DNA of 64,000 bases, taken from NCBI GenBank assembly GCA_009692265.1, contig SHZM01000001.1:19363-83362 (forward strand), written 5' to 3'. Source of the stretch: Gammaproteobacteria bacterium (lineage in GTDB: Bacteria > Pseudomonadota > Gammaproteobacteria > Ga0077536). Below, one piece after another: positions 9,326-18,371 of this stretch. Position 1 is the first letter of the stretch; every line of letters starts with the position of its first letter. Below the pieces are notes generated by a model, which saw only the letters and a list, made by a program, of their open reading frames with translations, had not been told where the DNA came from and searched no databases. The position numbers and the translations under genes are program-made.

Positions 9326-10884
9326 CGGAGGCGACGCGTCGCGCCTTTGTATGTGCGATAGACGAAGAAATCTTCCTCCGGTTGCACCAGCGCGGAATAC
9401 TCTGGGTAGCGAAAGATGCTGCTGGTCGAGCGCGGATCCAGCAATAACGCCGCGTAGCGTCCGTTGGGTTGCGTGAGATCGATGAACACACCGCCGGGTT
9501 CGATCTCGAGTGCGCGACGGTTTTCTGAAGTCATCTTCACTTGGTCGAGAATATTTGGCCGGCTCTCAAAACGCGCGGCGATGACGTCCGCGCTGGTGGG
9601 CTGGGTCAGACTCCAAAAACTAATGCCATGTCGTTCGAGCACATCGCGCAGCTTACCCACGTGTTGAGTGATGACCAGCATCGGCGGATAGGGGATCCGG
9701 TCGCCGGTCACCAGCTTTCGATGATCACGAAATTCAATCGACTCCAATTCGCGGGTATCGAGGCGGCGCATCGGGATTGAGACCTTTGGGTGCTCAGGAT
9801 CGACCACATAACCCGCGAACAAGGTAAGCGGCTCTTTATGCAAACCGCTGCGTGCCTCAACCACGCGGGTTGCGAGGATCGCCCGCCCCTCGTGCATCGA
9901 TTTAAGGAAGGTGCGAATGCACAGCAGCTGCCGCTCGACCCGCACCACGATATTGCGATACGTCGGGTAGGTGTCTTCGCGTGAATCGAGTTTGGTCTCC
10001 ACCAGAAACGAGATCGCGCCGCTCATGCCCGCGGTATTGCGGAAATTGCGCAGGGTCAGACCGCCGTGGGTGATCGGCTGTTTAAGGCTGATGATTTCGC
10101 CGATATAGCGATGCGCGGGCAATCCACCAGCGGTGACCCGTGCAATGAGTTCGGGCAACAAGGTCTGTAGCGCGTAGTCGCGCACCACGGCTGGCACGGA
10201 CGGGTTATTGCTGAATTCAAACTGCGCATCGAAATCGGTTAGGTAACCATCGCGCGCCAGAGTCTTGCGTTTCAGGACTGCGGATTCGTGCGAGTCCAGC
10301 ACGGCAGCGGGTCGATATTTTTCGAGCATGTCCTTGAGGATGCGGGTCTCCGGTTGCGACAGCAGGACAAAGTCGGTGTTGATATTGATGCCGTTGGCGT
10401 TCGCGCGCTTCTTATTATCGCGACCGTCGGGGTTCGCGTTCGGAATCAAAATCACATCGACATCGTCCAACAGCGGACGTAAGTCGCCCGCCACGAGTTC
10501 GCGCGCGATCACTAACAACGCTTCGCCACCTGCCGGCTCGGCGGCACCATGTTGTGAGCCGATCACCACGAGCTTCGGGCGTTTAAGTTCTTTCGATCGC
10601 TTTGTCTTTAAGACCAGGGCCTCGAGCACGCGTCCCTGTACTGACTTGCCGAGGTCGTCTTTACGCGCGAGGGTGGGGTAGTGCGCGACGATGGTGTCCA
10701 AGTACGTGGTGATCTCGGCGGAGGTGCTGATTCGAGAGTTTGCGTTCAGCTCGAGCGGCGTGAGCAGCGGGGGTGCGGCGTTCAGCTGTGAGGTGAACAG
10801 GAGTACCGTGACTAACGAAGGTAGGGTGCCGATTCTTGTGAGGTTGATCATGGTCGGTGTTTTACTCGAATTAATGGGTTTCAT
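9322..10884 (-). CDS. M14 family zinc metallocarboxypeptidase (paralog 2, with signal peptide)
   Basis: Paralog of the previous gene with the same motifs (GSQHGAAEPAGGEA, IPNANPDGRD, NTDFV, DSHESA, FLVETK). The N-terminus MKPINSSKTPTMINLTRIGTLPSLVTVLLFTSQLNAAP is signal-like. An alternative start at 10851 (MINLTR) is possible. The longer track ORF reaching 10968 reads through the REP element and was rejected. Confidence 0.7.
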   Translation of the reverse strand: MKPINSSKTPTMINLTRIGTLPSLVTVLLFTSQLNAAPPLLTPLELNANSRISTSAEITTYLDTIVAHYPTLARKDDLGKSVQGRVLEALVLKTKRSKELKRPKLVVIGSQHGAAEPAGGEALLVIARELVAGDLRPLLDDVDVILIPNANPDGRDNKKRANANGININTDFVLLSQPETRILKDMLEKYRPAAVLDSHESAVLKRKTLARDGYLTDFDAQFEFSNNPSVPAVVRDYALQTLLPELIARVTAGGLPAHRYIGEIISLKQPITHGGLTLRNFRNTAGMSGAISFLVETKLDSREDTYPTYRNIVVRVERQLLCIRTFLKSMHEGRAILATRVVEARSGLHKEPLTLFAGYVVDPEHPKVSIPMRRLDTRELESIEFRDHRKLVTGDRIPYPPMLVITQHVGKLRDVLERHGISFWSLTQPTSADVIAARFESRPNILDQVKMTSENRRALEIEPGGVFIDLTQPNGRYAALLLDPRSTSSIFRYPEYSALVQPEEDFFVYRTYKGATRRLR

Positions 10885-10893
10885 CGACCGAAT

Positions 10894-10962
10894 AAGAAAA
10901 TCCCCCTCAGTCCCCCTTTGACAAAGGGGTCGGCGCGCAGCGGCGGGGGACTTAGCGCGCAG
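10894..10962 (+). repeat. REP/MITE-like element (copy B, forward orientation)
   Basis: AAGAAAATCCCCCTCAGTCCCCCTTTGACAAAGGGGTCGGCGCGCAGCGGCGGGGGAC. It carries the same core as copies A and C. It sits between the bclA stop and the M14 paralog-2 start. Confidence 0.75.
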
Positions 10963-10967
10963 ATTCA

Positions 10968-12542
10968 CTACCCCGCCCGCAATCTGAACCGCTGAATCTT
11001 GCCGGTCGCCGTTTTCGGAAGCTCTGGGACAAATTCAAACCAGCGCGGGTACTTGTGTGGCGCAAGCTGCGTTTTCACATGCGCCTTCAATGCTGCTTCC
11101 AATTTCGGCACTCCGTGGCCCTTGCTCTTCAATACGACAAATGCTTTCGGTTTGATCAATCCCTCCGCGTCCGCCATGCCGACCACCGCCGCTTCGAGCA
11201 CGGCTGGGTGTGACATCAGCGCGGCTTCGACTTCGAACGGTGAAACGTATTGGCCGCTGACTTTGAGCATGTCGTCAGAGCGCCCACCGTAGGTGTAGTA
11301 GCCCTCCGCGTCGACCGTGTATTTATCACCCGCGCGGGTCCATGCGCCCATAAAGGTTTCACGCGATTTCTCGCGACTGTTCCAATACATCACGGCCGTG
11401 CTCGGACCGTTGATCTGGAGTTCGCCCAGACCAGGTCCCGTAATTTCTTGGCCTTGCTCATCGCACAGCCGGATTTGATAACCCGGGACGGGTTTACCCG
11501 TCGTACCGTAACGCACGTCGCCAGGCCGGTTCGATAAAAAAATATGCAACATCTCGGTCGAACCAATGCCGTCGAGGATGTCCACTCCAAAGTGGGCGGT
11601 AAAGCGTCGCCCGACGTCGGCGGGCAGCGCTTCACCCGCTGAGGTGCAGATCCGTAACGCGACTGTCGAGCGCTCGGGTAACCTTGGGCTCGCGAGCATC
11701 GCGGCATAGAGCGTCGGTACCCCGTAGAAAATCGACGGCTGCAAGTCGACCAGGCGTTTGAACACCGCCTCCGGGGTTGGCCGCTCGGCCATCAAGATCG
11801 CAGTGGCGCCAACCGCCAACGGGAACGTCAGGCTATTGCCTAGGCCATAGGCGAAAAATAATTTCGCGGCCGAGAACACCACATCCTGTTCAGTAATCCC
11901 GAGAATAGGACGTGCATACAGCTCAGCGGTGTGAAGCAAGCTCGAATGCACATGCACCGTACCCTTCGGGGGGCCGGTCGAACCGGAGGAGTACAGCCAG
12001 AAGCACACCTCACCCGCCGTGGTGTCGACCGGCTCGGCGGTGGGCTCGGCGGCCGCCATTAACTGGCCTAACACGGGATATCCATGTGCACCGGCCGTGG
12101 CAATAACATGCTTCAGCGATCGTGCTTCCGCGAGCGCCGGTGCAAACGTTTCCAGCAACGGTGCGGAAACGAACAGGGCTTTCGCGCAACTGTCGTCGAG
12201 CATGAAGCGGTAATCATCGCTGGTTAGCAGGGTATTCACCGCGATCGGTACGATCCCGGCTTTGATAGCGCCCAGGAACACGCTTGGAAAATCGATCGTG
12301 TCGTGTAGCGCGACCATAACCCGATCTTCGGGTTCAAGACCAAGCGCGCGCAGCGCATTGGCGGCACGATTCACGCGCGCGACTAGTTCGCCGTAAGAAT
12401 ACCGGCCGGCGTCATCGATATATGCGATTTTTTCGGCGCGGCCCGCCCGTAGGTTTCGTTCCAGGAGGTCATGCGCGGCGTTATAGCGACGCGGAATTTC
12501 AATCAACGGTGGCGAGACCGTGTGGTCGGCGCGAGACAACAT
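10968..12542 (-). CDS. bclA: Benzoate-CoA ligase family (aromatic acid:CoA ligase)
   Basis: 524 aa adenylate-forming enzyme with YSSGSTGPPKG, GTTGKP and a C-terminal ...KTATGKIQR. Length and motifs match the benzoate/4-hydroxybenzoate-CoA ligase family. It neighbours boxR/boxC/boxB. Confidence 0.8.
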   Translation of the reverse strand: MLSRADHTVSPPLIEIPRRYNAAHDLLERNLRAGRAEKIAYIDDAGRYSYGELVARVNRAANALRALGLEPEDRVMVALHDTIDFPSVFLGAIKAGIVPIAVNTLLTSDDYRFMLDDSCAKALFVSAPLLETFAPALAEARSLKHVIATAGAHGYPVLGQLMAAAEPTAEPVDTTAGEVCFWLYSSGSTGPPKGTVHVHSSLLHTAELYARPILGITEQDVVFSAAKLFFAYGLGNSLTFPLAVGATAILMAERPTPEAVFKRLVDLQPSIFYGVPTLYAAMLASPRLPERSTVALRICTSAGEALPADVGRRFTAHFGVDILDGIGSTEMLHIFLSNRPGDVRYGTTGKPVPGYQIRLCDEQGQEITGPGLGELQINGPSTAVMYWNSREKSRETFMGAWTRAGDKYTVDAEGYYTYGGRSDDMLKVSGQYVSPFEVEAALMSHPAVLEAAVVGMADAEGLIKPKAFVVLKSKGHGVPKLEAALKAHVKTQLAPHKYPRWFEFVPELPKTATGKIQRFRLRAG

Positions 12543-12559
12543 CAGGACTGGGTCGACCG

Positions 12560-13033
12560 TTAAAGCCGACGTAGCACTGCGGTCCAGACGTTCGCAACTC
12601 CGGGCAGGGTCGCGATGTCGGTACTACCGCTTAGCTCCGAGACCTCAGGCTGCCCATACCGACCCTGGTCCAGGCGATAACGAGTGACGCTGCGATCGGT
12701 GGGGTGCACCAGCCAATATTCGCGCACGCCGTGGCCTTCGTAGAGTGCGCGCTTGACGACCTGATCATGCGCGGCGGTGAACGGCGAGAGGATCTCCACA
12801 ATCCAATCCGATTGCACGACGGTATCGATTTCGTCGTCTGCTTCGTGGTGGCGAGGAAGTCGAATATCTAGCGGTGCGACGAATAAGCGGCTCGGCCCAT
12901 CACGTAATGCTTGATCAAGCTGACCAGCCATCGCGTAGGCGATCCCATCAATCAATTCGTAGCGGCGATTATCAGACCATGTGCAGTAATCGCCGTAGGT
13001 ATGTCGTTCATCATCGCGACGTGCAAGGCCCAT
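12560..13033 (-). CDS. Uma2 family (DUF820) restriction-endonuclease-fold protein
   Basis: The core YGDY..W...RRYELIDG...PLDIRL...DWIVEILSP...D..VK...Y...GV.EYWLV is typical of Uma2. The chosen start is the ATG at 13033; the track ORF extends to 13129. Some usual segments look shortened, so it may be degenerate. Confidence 0.55.
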   Translation of the reverse strand: MGLARRDDERHTYGDYCTWSDNRRYELIDGIAYAMAGQLDQALRDGPSRLFVAPLDIRLPRHHEADDEIDTVVQSDWIVEILSPFTAAHDQVVKRALYEGHGVREYWLVHPTDRSVTRYRLDQGRYGQPEVSELSGSTDIATLPGVANVWTAVLRRL

Positions 13034-13074
13034 ACTCGGCTCCGTATTCGTGTTTGCAAGTGCCCTAGTCAATC

Positions 13075-13551
13075 TTAAGCTGCGACGGCGTGCTCCGCAC
13101 GAACCAGCGCAAACCACGGGCCAATCCATGCTGCCGCAAATTCTTCCGGCATCAAACCCGCGGAAGCATCGTGTTCCAGCACTTCGCCGACTCTGCGCGC
13201 ACCTAACTTGGTCAGGATCTGATCGAAGCGACGGCCACCGAAGCAGTAAGTCTGCGCGTGCGATGAGTCCCCCAGCGAGACCAGGCCGTAGCGGATCCCA
13301 GTGAGATTGGGTCTGTCCTTGACTAGCGACTCGTAGAGCTTCTTGGCGTTGGCCGGCACATCGCCGTAGCCATAGGTGGACATACAGACTAAGTAGATCG
13401 CCGCTGGCTCGAACACCTTCGCGTCGAGCTCGTCCATTTGCAGGATCTCGCCTTGCGCACCCGCTTGTTGGAGATTGAAGTGGGCTTCTTCGGCGACGTA
13501 TTGGGTGTTGCCAGTGGTCGTGCCGACTAGGATCCGGACGGTAATCGCCAT
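13075..13551 (-). CDS. Flavodoxin, MioC-like FMN-binding protein
   Basis: ATG at 13551 gives MAITVRILVGTTTGNTQYVAEEA...STYGYGDVP.N, which aligns with E. coli MioC. The longer track ORF reaching 13635 was rejected because it reads into an AT-rich intergenic region. Confidence 0.75.
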   Translation of the reverse strand: MAITVRILVGTTTGNTQYVAEEAHFNLQQAGAQGEILQMDELDAKVFEPAAIYLVCMSTYGYGDVPANAKKLYESLVKDRPNLTGIRYGLVSLGDSSHAQTYCFGGRRFDQILTKLGARRVGEVLEHDASAGLMPEEFAAAWIGPWFALVRAEHAVAA

Positions 13552-13593
13552 GGGCTGTTGCTCCGAAAGGGTTGAAACGAAGGTAGAAAGTGA

Positions 13594-13637
13594 ATTATAT
13601 TTCATAAAATATTCTTCACAAGTATTATATTTCATAA
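13594..13637. promoter_or_regulatory. Candidate operator/promoter in the divergent flavodoxin-boxR intergenic region. Two perfect 14-bp direct repeats ATTATATTTCATAA (13594..13607 and 13624..13637) are spaced 30 bp apart.
   Basis: Seen directly in the sequence. This 93-bp AT-rich spacer between the divergent starts at 13551 and 13645 is the only AT-rich spot in the area. Confidence 0.4.
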
Positions 13638-13644
13638 GACTCCG

Positions 13645-14556
13645 ATGCCGCTTTCAGCCCAACCCAAGACTCTTGGTGCCGACTCCCTAGCGGAAGACGA
13701 CGCGGCGGCGCTCGCAGGTCTGGGCACTCGGATCCGTCAAGCCCGGGCGCGCCGTGGCATGACTCGCCGTGCATTAGCCCTGCATTCCGAGGTTTCAGAG
13801 CGCTACCTCGCGCACTTGGAAGGGGGTGAGGGAAATGCCTCGTTTCTGGTGCTGCGGCGAGTGGCGTTGGCGTTGAAATTGCCGCTTGCGGAGCTGGTCG
13901 ACGAGCGGCCCCCGGCCTCGATCGAATGGGCGCTGCTCGAACAGCTGCTAAAAGATCAACCAACCGCGAGCTTGCAGCGCATTCGCCATCAATTGCAGCG
14001 CGAAGTCGTTCATTCCGAGCACCTACGGGGTGCGCGGGTGGCGTTAATTGGCCTGCGCGGCGCGGGCAAATCGACCTTAGGCGCGCAAGTCGCAGCACAT
14101 CTTGATCGGCCGTTTATCGAACTCGATCGCGAAATAGAAGTAAGCGCCGGAGCGTCGTTAGAGGAGATTTTTTTGCTGTACGGGCAAGCCGGTTATCGTC
14201 GGCACGAGATGCGCTGCCTGCAGCGACTGATCGAAGAGACTCCACGCTGCGTGATCGCGACCGGCGGGAGCATTGTCTCGGAACCCGCAACCTATTCGCT
14301 GTTGCTCACGGCGTGCACGACCGTGTGGCTGAAAGCCTCCCCCGAAGAACATATGGCGCGCGTGGTCGCTCAAGGCGATCTGCGACCGATGAGTGGGAAC
14401 GCGGAGGCGATGGACGATCTGCGGCACATTTTGCTCGAACGCGCGGACCGTTACGCCCAGGCGGATTTCACCTTGGATACCACCGGCAAATCTCTTACTA
14501 CCACTTTCACTGCGTTGCTCGATCTGCTCAGCACGCCCCCCATCGCCAAGGAGTGA
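13645..14556 (+). CDS. boxR: BoxR/BzdR-type transcriptional regulator (N-terminal HTH-XRE fused to a shikimate-kinase-like effector domain)
   Basis: 303 aa. N-terminal XRE HTH (IRQARARRGMTRRALA...SERYLAHLEGG). C-terminal shikimate-kinase fold with P-loop (LIGLRGAGKSTLG...IATGGSIV). This architecture is specific to BzdR/BoxR, and the gene sits directly upstream of boxC-boxB. Confidence 0.8.
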   Translation: MPLSAQPKTLGADSLAEDDAAALAGLGTRIRQARARRGMTRRALALHSEVSERYLAHLEGGEGNASFLVLRRVALALKLPLAELVDERPPASIEWALLEQLLKDQPTASLQRIRHQLQREVVHSEHLRGARVALIGLRGAGKSTLGAQVAAHLDRPFIELDREIEVSAGASLEEIFLLYGQAGYRRHEMRCLQRLIEETPRCVIATGGSIVSEPATYSLLLTACTTVWLKASPEEHMARVVAQGDLRPMSGNAEAMDDLRHILLERADRYAQADFTLDTTGKSLTTTFTALLDLLSTPPIAKE

Positions 14557-14560
14557 CCCA

Positions 14561-16240
14561 ATGAGTGCTGCCGCCGTATCTCCAACAAGTCCTGAATATG
14601 TCACCTTCGACCGACACCCTGATCACTATGCGCATTGGCGCCTGAGCAGTGACGGCGCGGTCGCGACGTTGGCGCTGGATGTGGCCGAGGATAAGGGGCT
14701 GAAACCGGGTTATAAGCTCAAGCTGAATTCCTACGATCTCGGGGTCGACATCGAACTTTACGACGCGCTGCAACGCATTCGCTTCGAACATCCCCAAGTG
14801 AAAGTAGTGGTGATCACCAGCGCCAAGGACCGCATGTTCTGCTCGGGCGCGAATATCTACATGCTTGGCCTGTCGAGTCACGCGTGGAAAGTGAATTTCT
14901 GCAAGTTCACGAATGAAACGCGCAACGGAATCGAAGATTCGTCGCGCCACAGTGGGCTGAAATTCCTCGCCGCCGTAAACGGCACGGTCGCGGGCGGCGG
15001 CTACGAACTCGCGCTCGCCTGCGATGAGATCCTGATGGTTGACGATCGCTCTTCCACCGTGAGTTTGCCGGAAGTACCGTTACTCGGCGTACTGCCGGGC
15101 ACTGGTGGCTTAACGCGGATCATCGATAAACGTAGGGTCCGGCGCGATCTCGCGGACTTCTTCTGTACGACCAGTGAAGGCGTGCGTGGTGATCGGGCCA
15201 AGCTGTGGGGCTTGGTTGATCACATCGCTAAACCCCAGCAGTTCAAGGACGCCACTGCCGCGCACTTACAGCGCTTGATCGACGCGAGTACGCGACCAGC
15301 GGCGAGTGCGGGTATTGCGCTAACCCCGCTCGCACGGGTCATCGACGACGCCGGCATTCATTATTCACACGTCGACGTGCGCCTGGATCGCACGCAACGC
15401 ACCGCCACGATCATCGTCACTGCGCCCACCACCGCTGCTGTGCTGTCGCTCGCGGAGATCCACTCGCGCGCTGCTGCCTGGTGGCCACTGGCGATGGCGC
15501 GCGAACTCGATGACGCGATCCTGCTCCTGCGTTTGAATGAACTCGATATCGGCACCTGGATTTTGCAGACTCGCGGAGATCCCTTTGCGGTCCTCGCACT
15601 CGATGCGACCCTCGAAGCACACCAGACCGATTGGTTCGTGCATGAAACCATCGGCATGCTGCGAAGAACCTTCGCGCGGCTTGATGTGTCATCACGGACC
15701 CTGTACGCGTTGCTCGACGAAGGCTCGTGCTTCACGGGCACCTTGGCTGAACTCGCCCTCGCGGCCGATCGCAGCTTCATGTTGCAATGGCCGGACGAGC
15801 CCGAACGAGCGCCGCACCTTACGTTGTCGCACGTGAATTTTGGGCTGTATCCGATGGTGAATTATCAGAGTCGGATACAGACGCGATTCTGTAGTGACCC
15901 CGTGCCGGTCGCGCGCGTACACGCGAAAATCGGCACGGCGTTGGACGCCGCCGCCGCGCTTGAACTCGGCCTCGTCACGTTTGCACCCGACGATCTCGAT
16001 TGGGCCGACGAGGTGCGCCTCGCGCTTGAGGAGCGCACGAGTTTGTCGCCGGACGCGCTCACCGGCATGGAAGCTTCGTTGCGCTTCGGCGGTGCCGAGA
16101 CCTTAGAAACTCGGATATTTAGTCGGCTGTCGGCGTGGCAGAACTGGATCTTCATTCGCCCGAACGCTGTCGGCGAGCACGGCGCGCTGAAGGTCTTCGG
16201 CACCGGCCGCAAGGCGCAATTTAATTGGGAGCGGGTTTAA
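14561..16240 (+). CDS. boxC: 2,3-epoxybenzoyl-CoA dihydrolase BoxC (crotonase superfamily)
   Basis: ATG at 14561 preceded by AAGGAG. About 559 aa with an enoyl-CoA hydratase fold (AAVNGTVAGGGYELALACDEI), which matches the size and type of BoxC. It lies between boxR and boxB. The upstream extension in the 615-aa track ORF overlaps boxR and was rejected. Confidence 0.8.
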   Translation: MSAAAVSPTSPEYVTFDRHPDHYAHWRLSSDGAVATLALDVAEDKGLKPGYKLKLNSYDLGVDIELYDALQRIRFEHPQVKVVVITSAKDRMFCSGANIYMLGLSSHAWKVNFCKFTNETRNGIEDSSRHSGLKFLAAVNGTVAGGGYELALACDEILMVDDRSSTVSLPEVPLLGVLPGTGGLTRIIDKRRVRRDLADFFCTTSEGVRGDRAKLWGLVDHIAKPQQFKDATAAHLQRLIDASTRPAASAGIALTPLARVIDDAGIHYSHVDVRLDRTQRTATIIVTAPTTAAVLSLAEIHSRAAAWWPLAMARELDDAILLLRLNELDIGTWILQTRGDPFAVLALDATLEAHQTDWFVHETIGMLRRTFARLDVSSRTLYALLDEGSCFTGTLAELALAADRSFMLQWPDEPERAPHLTLSHVNFGLYPMVNYQSRIQTRFCSDPVPVARVHAKIGTALDAAAALELGLVTFAPDDLDWADEVRLALEERTSLSPDALTGMEASLRFGGAETLETRIFSRLSAWQNWIFIRPNAVGEHGALKVFGTGRKAQFNWERV

Positions 16241-16259
16241 CCCCCTCTGAAGAAACCCG

Positions 16260-17681
16260 ATGAGCATCAACTACAGCGAACGCATTCCGAATAATGTGAA
16301 CCTCGCGAGCGATCGCACCTTGCAACGTGCGCTGGAACACTGGCAGCCACGCTTTCTTGAGTGGTGGCAGGAAATGGGTCCGACCGACTTTCAGGGCAAC
16401 GAAGTCTATTTGCGCACCGCTGTCGGCGTGGATGTCGAAGGCTGGGCGAGTTACGGCGAAGTGAAAATGCCCGACTATCGCTGGGGCATTTTTCTCGCCG
16501 ATGCGGTCCCGGAGCGCACTATCGGGTTCGGCGACATGCTCGGACAACCAGTGTGGCAACAGGTCCCGGGTGAATTTCGCTCGCAGTTTCGACGCCTGAT
16601 CGTGACTCAGGGCGACACCGAGCCCGCCTCGGTCGAACAGCAGCGGCTACTCGGCCTGACCTGCCCATCGCTCTACGATTTACGCAATCTATTTCAGGTG
16701 AATGTCGAGGAAGGTCGGCATTTATGGGCGATGGTGTATCTGCTGCACGCCTACTTCGGTCGCGATGGACGCGAAGAAGCGGAAGAACTGTTAGCACGCC
16801 ATTCGGGGGATGCCGACAAGCCGAGAATATTAGGCACCTTCAACGAACCGATCTCGGACTGGCTGTCGTTTTTCTGTTTTACGTATTTCACTGATCGCGA
16901 CGGCAAGTATCAGCTTAAGAGTCTCGCGGAATCGGCCTTCGATCCGCTGGCGCGAACTTGTCGCTTCATGTTGACCGAGGAAGCGCACCATATGTTTGTC
17001 GGCGAAACCGGCCTGAGTCGGGTTATCCGCCGGACATTGGAATTGATCAAGGAACTCGGCACCGACGACTCGGCCGCGATTCAGCACGCGGGCGGGATGG
17101 ACTTTCCGTTATTACAACGATATCTGAATTTTTGGTTCACCTCCTCGCTAGATCTGTTTGGCTCGGAGGTTTCCTCGAACGCCGCGACCACCTTCGCGAA
17201 CGGGATCAAGGGGCGGCCGGATGAAACCTTGTACACCGATCATCACTGCCTTGAAACGGCCTTTGAATTAGCGATCCCCGATGACAATGGCGGAGCGAAA
17301 CTCGACTCCGTGCCGATGCGCAACGCGATGAACGAAGTCGCGCGCCAGGCCTACATCAAAGATTGCGAAATGGGCTTGAAGCGCTGGAACATGATGATCA
17401 AGCGCGCCGGGGTGGCGGTCGAACTTGCGCTACCGTCGAGCCGCTTTCGCCGCGGCATCGGCGCGTGGTATGGCGTTCCGACCGATCTCCAAGGTAATCG
17501 TATTAGCCCCGAAGCCTACCGTCACGGCCTCACCCAGTGGCTACCCGGCGAGCAAGATCGTATCCACGTGCATAGCCTGATGCGGTGTGTTACCACTCCA
17601 GGAAAGATGGCCGGGTGGATCGCGCCGCCCGACCGTGGCGTGAATAATCTGCCGGTGGCTTATGAGTATGTGCGGTTATGA
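16260..17681 (+). CDS. boxB: Benzoyl-CoA 2,3-epoxidase (oxygenase) subunit BoxB, diiron enzyme
   Basis: 473 aa, matching the length and sequence character of BoxB (EEGRHLWAMVYLL...EEAHHMFVGE diiron ligands). It follows boxC by 19 nt. Confidence 0.85.
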   Translation: MSINYSERIPNNVNLASDRTLQRALEHWQPRFLEWWQEMGPTDFQGNEVYLRTAVGVDVEGWASYGEVKMPDYRWGIFLADAVPERTIGFGDMLGQPVWQQVPGEFRSQFRRLIVTQGDTEPASVEQQRLLGLTCPSLYDLRNLFQVNVEEGRHLWAMVYLLHAYFGRDGREEAEELLARHSGDADKPRILGTFNEPISDWLSFFCFTYFTDRDGKYQLKSLAESAFDPLARTCRFMLTEEAHHMFVGETGLSRVIRRTLELIKELGTDDSAAIQHAGGMDFPLLQRYLNFWFTSSLDLFGSEVSSNAATTFANGIKGRPDETLYTDHHCLETAFELAIPDDNGGAKLDSVPMRNAMNEVARQAYIKDCEMGLKRWNMMIKRAGVAVELALPSSRFRRGIGAWYGVPTDLQGNRISPEAYRHGLTQWLPGEQDRIHVHSLMRCVTTPGKMAGWIAPPDRGVNNLPVAYEYVRL

Positions 17682-17690
17682 ACCAACCTG

Positions 17691-18200
17691 CTATGTAGAG
17701 GCATCAAGCTGAAAAACGATGATCGGGATGCCGCGCTCGCCCGCTCTATCGCGGTAATTTTCGAATCCCGGATAGATCGAAAGCGCTTTGCGCCATAGAC
17801 GATTGTGCTCCTCGCCCAAGGCGACTTCAGTCGCGTGGTAGCGACCGTGCACACCATAAAAATCTAACTCGACTTCGGGGTTCGCGCGAACATTGAATAG
17901 CCAGCCGGGATGCGTGGTTCGTCCCCAATTCGCGGCCAACACGACGATGTCGTCGCCATCCTGGATCCCAATTAATGGCACCTTCCGGTGCTCACTACTG
18001 CGCGCACCAACCATCGACAAACCTACGACGGGAAGTCCGACTACCGCGCGTGGAATTGACCAATGTTGTCGCGTCGCGGCCATCAACACGCGATCGACGT
18101 GATGTAGTACCTTGGCGAGGGCCGCCGCGCCGCGAGGCGAAGCTGGGAAAGATTGGAATGAGCGCTGCCAATCGTGTTGCCGTACGGCTATTTGCGTCAT
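17691..18200 (-). CDS. Deazaflavin (F420H2)-dependent oxidoreductase, nitroreductase family (DUF385/FDOR-type split barrel)
   Basis: ATG at 18200 gives 169 aa. It contains the family signature HPGWLFNVRANPEVELDF...YH.TEV...E.NRLW.....YPGFENY......IPIIVFQLD. The 218-aa track ORF extends upstream without support. Confidence 0.7.
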   Translation of the reverse strand: MTQIAVRQHDWQRSFQSFPASPRGAAALAKVLHHVDRVLMAATRQHWSIPRAVVGLPVVGLSMVGARSSEHRKVPLIGIQDGDDIVVLAANWGRTTHPGWLFNVRANPEVELDFYGVHGRYHATEVALGEEHNRLWRKALSIYPGFENYRDRAGERGIPIIVFQLDAST

Positions 18201-18371
18201 GTTGCACCTCCGTGCGCTTTTTGTAATCGAAATCCTAGATCTTGGGCTAGACTGCCGCGCGGACCGTGACGAGAAACGGTGCGGCGCAAGTCCGTGCAGT
18301 AAAAGTAGCAGCAGGGTTTCGATCGGTCCGCAGGCTCGGTCACACAATTTAACTTTCTAGAGGAGATTTTC

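Noticed and set aside
10885-10968. N-terminal 28-aa extension of the M14 paralog-2 ORF (MNLRAKSPAAARRPLCQRGTEGDFLIRS)
   Set aside because: It is encoded entirely by the REP-like element. The signal-peptide-bearing start downstream is far more plausible.
14393-14560. Upstream extension of the boxC ORF (track ORF 14393..16240)
   Set aside because: It overlaps the boxR 3' end in another frame. The ATG at 14561 has a strong AAGGAG RBS and yields the expected BoxC length of about 559 aa.
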